DNA of 15,856 nucleotides from Giardia intestinalis (Eukaryota): NCBI GenBank assembly GCA_000002435.2, contig AACB03000028.1; one strand, 5' to 3'. Shown piece by piece: positions 1 to 7,341 of this stretch (position 1 is its first letter; each line of letters starts with the position of its first letter). The notes under the pieces were generated by a model. It saw only the letters and a program-made list of their open reading frames with translations, ran no database searches and was not told where the DNA came from. The position numbers and the translations under genes were made by a program.

Positions 1-114
1 GTCATCGCTGTCGTGGGGGGCCTCGTGGGCTTCCTCTGCTGGTGGTTCGTGTGCAGGGGAAGGCGTGACTTGGGTAGTGAATGCTGTACAATGTGTGATA
101 GGGTGATAGTATGA
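1..114 (+). CDS. 3' end of a VSP unit (U0, partial, runs off the left edge). It encodes the transmembrane helix and cytoplasmic tail. The tail is frameshifted by a 1-nt deletion in a G-run, so CRGKA becomes [20 protein letters not shown] and the stop moves to 112..114.
   Basis: In frame 1 the translation is [22 protein letters not shown]..., identical to the C-termini of the other units except GGGGG has become GGGG before AAGGCGTGA. The same lesion occurs in unit U4 at about 8893. Confidence 0.8.
   Translation, partial: VIAVVGGLVGFLCWWFVCRGRRDLGSECCTMCDRVIV
76..82 (+). promoter_or_regulatory. Giardia polyadenylation signal AGTGAAT (consensus AGTRAAY) for U0
   Basis: It has the same sequence and spacing (CTTGGGT then AGTGAAT) as the signals found after every CRGKA stop in the array. 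Confidence 0.7.
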
Positions 115-117
115 TAG

Positions 118-1990
118 TGGAGTGAGATATGCACAAAGGCTGAGGGAGGACTGTGCACTGCTTGTAAGACAGCTAACGGCCTGTTCAAGAACCCGGCTGC
201 AACACCAGAGAAGGGTAGTGAGTGCATACTGTGCTCTGATACGACAGATAGAAACGGGGTCATGGGAGTCGCTGGATGCTCAGAATGCTCCCACACGGGC
301 ACTAGCGGACCGGCCACGTGTACAGAGTGTCAAGCAGGGTTCGTTACGAAGGACAGTGCATGTGTGAAGTGCGGAGACGGCTGCTCTGCTTGCTCAGCTG
401 ATACTCCGACTCAGTGTACCGCCTGCGTTGAGGGGAAGTACCTGAAGGATGGTAACACTTGTGTAGATGCTGGTGGATGTGACAATGGTAACTATGCGGA
501 CAAGAAGACCTGGACCTGTAAGGCCTGCAGTGAGATACAAGGATGCACCGCGTGTGCATACGACGACGCCACGGGAAAGCCGAAGTGCACCGACTGCGGT
601 AGTAAGACGGTCAGAGACGAGCTGGATGGGACAACGACCTGTGTTGATGAGGCCGAGTGCAAAGTGGGCAAGACGCACTTCTACGACGCCTCGAAGTGCG
701 TGCAGTGCGGCGACAATGGTAAGGGCGGAGTCCAGAACTGCAAGCTGTGCACCGCAAAAGGCACCTGCGAGGCTTGTGTCGACGGGTATAAAGTCAACGG
801 AAACGCCTGCGAGGCCTGCACAGGAAACTGCGCCAGAGTGCGGAACAGCGGGTCAAATCAACACATGTACAAGATGCATGCCGGGGTACTTCCTTAAGGA
901 TGGCCCGCCTAAGACATGCGTTCTCTGTGATGACGAGACAAGTGGGATTCCAGGCTGTGCCGAGTGCACAGGCGGCGTGGGGGTCCCTCAAATGCACTGA
1001 ATGTAAGCCCAACTACAGACCCAGCGGAGAACCTAGCGACCTCACATGTACAAAGACCTGTGAAGATGAGACTGCATGTGGAGGGACAGCAGGGCCTGCG
1101 ACGCCATCGTGGTCGGCAACGACGGCAGCATGCTCTCTTACTGTTCAAAGTGTGTTGGCGCCGGCTATGGCCCTATTAATGGGAAGTGCACCAATGCACT
1201 TGCAGGTAATACCTGCGCCGATGGCGTATGTACGCGGTGCACCAACAACTACTTCCTCTATATGGTGGTTGCTATGATGTGTCGAAGGCTCCTGGCAACC
1301 TCATGTGCTCTGCGGCTCCAAGTGGGTTCTGCACCACACCGGTCGGGCGCTACTTCAAGATTCCCGGGGACTCTGCTGCTCAGCAGTCCGTGCTTGCCTG
1401 TGGCAACCCTGTGGGAGCGACCGCGGGCGACAAGGCGTACGTCGGCGTGCTAGACTGCACGGCGTGCGCGGCCCGCAGGCGCCAGCCGCCAATGCGATGG
1501 CCGCGGCGGTCTGTAGTGCGTGCGACAAGACGAAGAAGCCAACAAGGATGGCAGCGGGTGCACCCTGTGTGCGGTCGGCGGGTGCAAGAGCTGCGCCATC
1601 GACGGGATGTGCGAGGTGTGTGCTGAGGACAATAAGAAGCCCAACATGGCTGGAAGCACCTGCTATGTGTGTCCGGCCCAGGGCTGCTCTCACTGCAGCG
1701 CAGACAACAAGTGTGAGGCATGTACCAATAAAGACCAGAGACCCAGCCTGGACGGCACCCAGTGCATTGTCTGTGACATAGAGAGGTGCATGCGGTGCAG
1801 CGCAGAGGGCGTCTGCGGGGAGTGCGAGGAGGGCTATGTCCCGAGGGATGGCATGTGTGTGTCCTCTGGCACCAACAGGAGCGGGCTCTCCACGGGGGCC
1901 ATCGCGGGGATCTCCGTCGCTGTGGTCGCTGTCGTGGGGGGCCTCGTGGGCTTCCTCTGCTGGTGGTTCATATGTAGAGGGAAGGCGTGA
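118..1990 (+). pseudogene. VSP unit U1. It is a divergent family member with the tail FICRGKA. The 5' 780 bp are open in frame 1 (118..897). There are then at least five frameshifts before the intact transmembrane/CRGKA end (1520..1990).
   Basis: ORF-track pieces 262..897, 467..1000, 900..1277, 1076..1453, 1228..1626, 1305..1781 and 1520..1990 each carry consecutive VSP motifs (CXXC, KPNYR, CEDETACGGT, NNYFLYM, GGCYDV, KAYVGV, transmembrane helix plus CRGKA) in different frames. The ORF opens after the TAG at 115..117 with no ATG. Confidence 0.75.
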
Positions 1991-1997
1991 CTTGGGT

Positions 1998-2004
1998 AGT
2001 GAAT
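1998..2004 (+). promoter_or_regulatory. polyadenylation signal AGTGAAT for U1
   Basis: It lies 7 nt downstream of the TGA at 1988..1990. Confidence 0.7.
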
Positions 2005-2041
2005 GCTGTACAATGTGTGATAGAGGGTGATAGTATGATAG

Positions 2042-3895
2042 TGGAGTGTGATATGTACAAAGGCCAGTAATGGACTGTGCACTGCTTGTAAGACAGATAA
2101 CAAGTACATATTCCAGAACAGGGCAGACAAGGTGACCCCTGGTAGTGAGTGCATCCTGTGCTCTGATATCAAGGGAGCGAATGGATATACGGGAGTGGCC
2201 AACTGTCTCAAGTGTACGGCACCAGGGAATGCAGGACCTGCCACGTGTAATACCTGTCAAGAGGGGTACTTCCTAAACAACAAGCTTTGTAAGCCATGCG
2301 AGGGGAACTGTGCCACCTGTGAGACATCGGCGACCCAGTGCACATCGTGTCCAGAGGGGAAGTACCTCAATGGGAATCAATGTACTGATAGCTGTGGTAA
2401 TGATAAGTATGCTGACCCGGAGTCGGGAACATGCAAGGCATGTAGTACGATACACGCAGAGTGCACGGCATGCTCCTTCGACAAGGCCACGGGGAAGCCA
2501 AAGTGCACTAACTGCGGGACCAATAAGACCCCCAGGACGGCCCTCGACGGGACATCGACCTGCGTGGCGAAGACGCTTGAAGGATGCGAGGGCGCTGACG
2601 AGGCCTTATTTATGAAGGAGGACAAAACGTGTGCTCTTTGTAGTGATGTGACAGATTCAACTCTTGGTAACGAAGGAAAGGCCAACTGCAAGACATGTAC
2701 GAAAACAGGAAGTGACAATCCAACCTGCTCAGCCTGTCTCGATGGATACTTCTTTGATAGTGGTACTAGTACATGTACAGACAAGTGTGGTGATAACTGT
2801 GCCACATGCTCTGTTGCTGGTGATCCAAATAAGTGTGAAACCTGCAAGACTGGATACTTCTTAGTAACTACTACAGATCAACAGGGGAAGAAGTGCGTCC
2901 CATGCGATAGCGTAGACGATAAGGGTCGCGAAGGCTGCAGTGTCTGCTCTAACAACGGTGCTTTCAAGTGCACTGACTGTAAGCCTAACTATCGCAAGGA
3001 GGGCAGTACTGGCTCTGTCACATGCACCAAGATCTGTGAAGATGATACTGCCTGTGGAGGAACTTCTGGTGCCTGCGATGCAATAGTGATTGATGATAAG
3101 GGTGTAGAGCATCATTATTGCTCATACTGTGGAGAAGCTAATACGTATCCTATAGATGGGAAGTGTAATAGTGCTAAAGCAAATAATCAATGTGATCAAG
3201 GTGTATGTACACAATGCACTAACAACTACTTCTTGTATATGGGAGGTTGTTACAAGGTTGATACAGTACCTGGACAACATATGTGCAAGACAGCAGCCAA
3301 CGGTGTCTGTACTGCTGTTAATGCCAACAATAGGTACTTCATAGTCCCTGGGGCAACCAATCAGAATCAGTCTGTATTGGCATGTAGCAACTCCCTTGGC
3401 ACACTAGTAGGCACTGGTGATACCTCTAAGGCATATGTGGGGGTAGATGGCTGTTCGGCATGTACGGCCCCAGCAGCTCCATCTGAGACTGGTATGACTG
3501 CTGCTGTGTGTACAGCGTGTACCAACAACAACAAGCCCAACCTGGCTGGGAGCGGGTGCTTCGCATGTACCGTTGACGGATGCTCGCACTGTGGAGCAGG
3601 CGATAAGTGCGAGGCCTGTACCAGTAAAGACCAGAGGCCGAACACAGACGGAACGAAGTGCATCGCCTGCAATATCGACGGGTGCGTCAGGTGCAGCGAG
3701 GAGAACAAGTGCGGCCAGTGTGGGGACGACTACAGGCTGGAGGGTGAGGCGTGCGTGTCCACCAAGCCCAGCGGGGGCAACAGAAGCGGCCTCAGTACTG
3801 GTGCCATAGCAGGGATCTCCGTCGCTGTCATCGCTGTCGTGGGGGGCCTCGTGGGCTTCCTCTGCTGGTGGTTCGTGTGCAGGGGGAAGGCGTGA
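2042..3895 (+). CDS. VSP cassette U2. It is an intact 617-codon ORF with one GGCY motif, ending in the transmembrane helix plus CRGKA. It has no ATG or signal peptide; the ORF opens directly after the TAG at 2039..2041.
   Basis: The ORF track gives 2048..3895, but its M is a GTG codon. The ORF extends to 2042 and the first in-frame ATG is about 180 codons in. The protein is cysteine-rich with CXXC pairs and ends ...[39 protein letters not shown]. Confidence 0.85.
   Translation, partial: WSVICTKASNGLCTACKTDNKYIFQNRADKVTPGSECILCSDIKGANGYTGVANCLKCTAPGNAGPATCNTCQEGYFLNNKLCKPCEGNCATCETSATQCTSCPEGKYLNGNQCTDSCGNDKYADPESGTCKACSTIHAECTACSFDKATGKPKCTNCGTNKTPRTALDGTSTCVAKTLEGCEGADEALFMKEDKTCALCSDVTDSTLGNEGKANCKTCTKTGSDNPTCSACLDGYFFDSGTSTCTDKCGDNCATCSVAGDPNKCETCKTGYFLVTTTDQQGKKCVPCDSVDDKGREGCSVCSNNGAFKCTDCKPNYRKEGSTGSVTCTKICEDDTACGGTSGACDAIVIDDKGVEHHYCSYCGEANTYPIDGKCNSAKANNQCDQGVCTQCTNNYFLYMGGCYKVDTVPGQHMCKTAANGVCTAVNANNRYFIVPGATNQNQSVLACSNSLGTLVGTGDTSKAYVGVDGCSACTAPAAPSETGMTAAVCTACTNNNKPNLAGSGCFACTVDGCSHCGAGDKCEACTSKDQRPNTDGTKCIACNIDGCVRCSEENKCGQCGDDYRLEGEACVSTKPSGGNRSGLSTGAIAGISVAVIAVVGGLVGFLCWWFVCRGKA
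2408..3895 (+). repeat. Copy 1 of a 1488-bp near-identical block A, the 3' three-quarters of a VSP. Copies 2 and 3 are at 9342..10829 and 14344..15829.
   Basis: Identity starts at TATGCTGACCCGGAGTCGGG and runs through the CRGKA stop. Only a few SNPs separate the copies, for example CCAAAG versus CCGAAG. Confidence 0.8.
3800..3892 (+). other. Representative transmembrane helix plus invariant CRGKA cytoplasmic tail of a VSP (U2). The same module ends every unit.
   Basis: It is a hydrophobic stretch of about 26 residues, [25 protein letters not shown], followed by CRGKA and TGA. An NRSG sequon lies just upstream. Confidence 0.7.
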
Positions 3896-3946
3896 CTTGG
3901 GTAGTGAATGCTGTACAATGTGTGATAGAGGGTGATAGTATGATAG
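3896..3946 (+). repeat. Representative 51-nt inter-unit spacer, the 'stop fence'. Equivalent spacers lie at 67..117, 1991..2041, 5783..5833, 8906..8958, 10830..10881 and 13947..14006.
   Basis: The sequence is CTTGGGTAGTGAATGCTGTACAATGTGTGATAGAGGGTGATAGTATGATAG. It contains TGATAG three times and, read in the frame of the flanking ORFs, 7 stop codons in 17 codons. Confidence 0.75.
3903..3909 (+). promoter_or_regulatory. polyadenylation signal AGTGAAT for U2
   Basis: It lies 7 nt after the TGA at 3893..3895. Confidence 0.7.
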
Positions 3947-5782
3947 TGGAGTGAGATATGCACAAAGGCTGAGGGAGGACTGTGCACTGCTTGTAATACA
4001 GATAGTCAGTACATATTCCAGAATGGGGCAGACAAGGTGACCCCTGGTGGGGAGTGCATACTCTGTCATGATGCCACAGGAGCGAATGGATATAAGGGAG
4101 TGGAGAGCTGCGCCACATGCACAGCGCCAGACAGTAACAAGGGGGCTGCCACGTGTACTGCATGCACAGAGGGATACTTTCTAAATAGTAACGGCGCATG
4201 TGAGAAGTGCAACGACTCTTGCCTGACCTGTGAGACGTCGGCGACCCAGTGTACCTCTTGTAAGGGAAATACGTTCCTGAAGGATAATGCATGCGTGAAT
4301 AGTGATGGATGCACTGGAAACACTTATGCTGACCCTATGACAATGACATGCAAGGAGTCTGGTATAGCAGATTGCACCGCGTGTGAGTACAACACGACTG
4401 TCAGCAAGCCCCAGTGCACCGCCTGTAACAATAAGAAGGTGAAGACAGAGCTGGATGGGACAACCACTTGCGTCGATGATGCTGGGTGCGCAACAGATAA
4501 CGTCGACGGATCCCACTTTCTGAGTGATGATAGCACCAAGTGCATATTATGCAGTGATACAACAACAGGAACAGAAGCAAACGACAAGGGGATTGCTAAT
4601 TGTAAAACGTGTAAGAAGAACGGAGCCAAGCCGACCTGCTCAGCTTGCCTCGACGGATACTTTGGTTCTGATACATGCACAGCTTGCGGTGCCAACTGTG
4701 CTACATGCTCTGCTGCTGGCAATGATCAGTGCACTAAATGCAAGCCTGGATTCTTCATGAAACAACCCGGCTCTGCTGGTAAGTGCTTCGCCTGCGACAG
4801 TAAAGCCGACAATGGCATCGAGGGGTGCTCCCAATGTAACAGCGGCCTAACCCCTACATGCACCGATTGCAAGTCCAACTATCGCAAGGAGGGAACCAAT
4901 CCGGTGAAGTGCACAAAGGCCTGCGAGGACCCCACGGCCTGCGGGGGGACGTCTGGGGCCTGCGGGGCGGTCGTCGTTGACAGCGCCGGGGCGTTCTCCC
5001 AGTACTGCTCGCTGTGCGGAGACCCCGCCACGTTCCCCATCGATGGGATCTGCACAGGAACTAAGGGTGACAACACCTGTGCCAATGGCGTCTGCACCCG
5101 GTGTGCTGCCGGGTTCTTCCTGTACATGGGCGGCTGCTATGATGTGTCGAAGGCTCCTGGCAGCCACATGTGCAAGACTGCCGAGGGAGGGAGGTGCACC
5201 GCCCCCAGCGAGAACGGCCGGTACTTCCTGGTCCCGGGGGCATCCAATACTGATCAGTCTGTCCTGGCCTGCGAGAACCCCCTAGGCACACTAGTAGGCA
5301 CTGGTGATACCTCTAAGGCATATGTGGGGGTAGATGGCTGTTCGGCATGTACGGCCCCAGCAGCTCCATCTGATGGTGGCATGACTGCCGCCACGTGCAC
5401 AGCGTGTACCAACAACAACAAGCCCAACCTGGCTGGGAGCGGGTGCTTCCCATGTACCGTTAGTGGATGCTCGCACTGTGGAGCAGGCGATAAGTGCGAG
5501 GCCTGTACCAGTAAAGACCAGAGGCCGAACACAGACGGAACGAAGTGCATCGCCTGCAATATCGACGGGTGCGTCAGGTGCAGCGAGGAGAACAAGTGCG
5601 GCCAGTGTGGGGACGACTACAGGCTGGAGGGTGAGGCGTGCGTGTCCACCAAGCCCAGCGGGGGCAACAGAAGCGGCCTCAGTACTGGTGCCATAGCAGG
5701 GATCTCCGTCGCTGTCATCGCTGTCGTGGGGGGCCTCGTGGGCTTCCTCTGCTGGTGGTTCGTGTGCAGGGGGAAGGCGTGA
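3947..5782 (+). CDS. VSP cassette U3. It is an intact 611-codon ORF ending in the transmembrane helix plus CRGKA, with no ATG or signal peptide.
   Basis: The ORF track gives 4037..5782 with a GTG as M. The frame is open from 3947, directly after the TAG at 3944..3946. The 5' leader reads EICTKAEGGLCTACNTDSQYIFQNGADKVTPGGECILCHD, homologous to U2. The last roughly 500 bp are identical to U2. Confidence 0.85.
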   Translation, partial: WSEICTKAEGGLCTACNTDSQYIFQNGADKVTPGGECILCHDATGANGYKGVESCATCTAPDSNKGAATCTACTEGYFLNSNGACEKCNDSCLTCETSATQCTSCKGNTFLKDNACVNSDGCTGNTYADPMTMTCKESGIADCTACEYNTTVSKPQCTACNNKKVKTELDGTTTCVDDAGCATDNVDGSHFLSDDSTKCILCSDTTTGTEANDKGIANCKTCKKNGAKPTCSACLDGYFGSDTCTACGANCATCSAAGNDQCTKCKPGFFMKQPGSAGKCFACDSKADNGIEGCSQCNSGLTPTCTDCKSNYRKEGTNPVKCTKACEDPTACGGTSGACGAVVVDSAGAFSQYCSLCGDPATFPIDGICTGTKGDNTCANGVCTRCAAGFFLYMGGCYDVSKAPGSHMCKTAEGGRCTAPSENGRYFLVPGASNTDQSVLACENPLGTLVGTGDTSKAYVGVDGCSACTAPAAPSDGGMTAATCTACTNNNKPNLAGSGCFPCTVSGCSHCGAGDKCEACTSKDQRPNTDGTKCIACNIDGCVRCSEENKCGQCGDDYRLEGEACVSTKPSGGNRSGLSTGAIAGISVAVIAVVGGLVGFLCWWFVCRGKA

Positions 5783-5789
5783 CTTGGGT

Positions 5790-5796
5790 AGTGAAT
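5790..5796 (+). promoter_or_regulatory. polyadenylation signal AGTGAAT for U3
   Basis: It lies 7 nt after the TGA at 5780..5782. Confidence 0.7.
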
Positions 5797-7341
5797 GCTG
5801 TACAATGTGTGATAGAGGGTGATAGTATGATAGTGGAGTGAGATATGCACAAAGGCTGAGGGAGGACTGTGCACTGCTTGTAATACAGATAGTCAGTACA
5901 TATTCCAGAATGGGGCAGACAAGGTGACCCCTGGTGGGGAGTGCATACTCTGTCATGATGCCACAGGAGCGAATGGATATAAGGGAGTGGAGAGCTGCGC
6001 CACATGCACAGCGCCAGACAGTAACAAGGGGGCTGCCACGTGTACTGCATGCACAGAGGGATACTTTCTAAATAGTAACGGCGCATGTGAGAAGTGCAAC
6101 GACTCTTGCCTGACCTGTGAGACGTCGGCGACCCAGTGTACCTCTTGTAAGGGAAATACGTTCCTGAAGGATAATGCATGCGTGAATAGTAATGAGTGCA
6201 CTGGAAACACTTATGCTGACCCAGAGTCGGGAACTTGTAGGGACTGCAACACGATAGATCAAGCATGTACCCAGTGTGAAGTTGATTCGACTACCAAGAA
6301 GCCGAAGTGCACAGCTTGTGATAACAGTAAGATCCCCAGGACGACCCTTGATGGAACCTCGACCTGCGTGGCGAAGAACTACGCCGGGTGTCAAGGAGCT
6401 GATAACGGTCTCTTTATGACCGAAGACAACGTGTGTCGTTTGTGCAGTGATCCCGCAGCGTCGGATCCAGAACAAAGAACAAAGGCATTGCTGGCTGTAA
6501 GGCTTGCATGAAGACAGCGAGTGCTAATCCAACTTGCACAGAATGCCTGGAGGGATACAAAAGTACCGGAGTTGGTTCAGTAACATGCACCCCCTGTCAC
6601 GCCAACTGTGCCACATGCTCAGCTGAAACTGCTGAGGATAAGTGCCTGACCTGTAAGGCAGGGTTCTTCCTCGTTGAGGTTGCAAAACCGGCAGGAAAGT
6701 GCATCTCATGTAGTGACACAAACAATGGGGGCATCGATGGGTGTGCTGAGTGTACAAAGGAGGCCAGTACTTTCAAGTGTACTGGCTGTAAAGCGAACTA
6801 CAAGCAGAGCGGTACCAGTCCTGTTACATGTACCAAAACCTGTGAGGATGATACTGCCTGCGGGGGTACCTCTGGTGCTTGTGATGCCATGATAATTGAT
6901 GATCAGGGCACCACAAAGCACTACTGTTCCTACTGTGGAGAGACCAATAAGATACCAATTGATGGGAAGTGTGTTGATAGTGGTCAAAAGAATGGGAATA
7001 CTTGTGATAATCATATATGTACATCATGTACTACGGGATACTTCCTATACATGGGTGGTTGTTATAGTGTGTCAACTCAGCCGGGTAAGTCCATGTGCAA
7101 GACAGCAGCCAACGGTGTCTGTACCGCTGTTAATGAGAATAATAAGTACTTCCTGGTACCAGGGGCATCCAATGCTCAGCAGTCCGTGTTGGCATGTAGT
7201 AACCCCCTAGGCACACTAGTAGATCCTCAAGGTACCGCTAAGGCATACGTGGGAGTAGATGGCTGCTCTCAGTGCACAGCCCCGACAGCTCTAACAACAG
7301 CTGGTATGACTGTCGCTGTGTGTACTGCCTGTGACAGTGGT

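Larger units (their letters stand above)
3896..4303 (+). repeat. A 408-bp identical block covering the spacer plus the 5' leader. The second copy is at 5783..6190.
   Basis: The two copies are identical from CTTGGGTAGTGAAT through ...GATAATGCATGCGTGAATAGT. They then diverge, reading GATGGATGC in one and AATGAGTGC in the other. Confidence 0.75.

Noticed and set aside
2048-2050. ORF-track start codons, for example 2048, 4037, 9498 and 11025.
   Set aside because: At these positions the codon is GTG, not ATG. The ORFs extend upstream to an in-frame TAG, and the real constraint is the absence of any ATG. I used the TAG-to-stop limits instead.
1355-2260. Long minus-strand ORFs, for example 1355..2260, 3404..4069, 5291..5956, 7291..8061, 10338..11438 and 12267..13100. 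They share repeated peptides such as [22 protein letters not shown].
   Set aside because: They are antisense to the VSP coding sequence and run through spacers. They recur because the transmembrane/tail DNA is repeated. Their openness is a by-product of the TGC/GGN/ACN-rich sense codons. They have no independent start context, no motif content, and they overlap a clearly coding strand.
2860-2900. Short internal repeats and homopolymers (ACTACTACA, AACAACAACAAG) that might be microsatellites.
   Set aside because: They are codon-level repeats encoding TTT and NNNK within the ORF. They are too short and are embedded in conserved coding sequence.
3896-3946. ATG-initiated mini-ORFs inside the spacers (ATGCTGTACAATGTGTGA, ATGATAGTGGAGTGA, ATGCACAAAGGCTGA), which might have been upstream exons or signal peptides.
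   Set aside because: All are at most 6 codons long, none is hydrophobic, and none is in frame with the cassette. I looked for Giardia intron signals (GTATGT ... CTAAC ... AG) and found none in any spacer.
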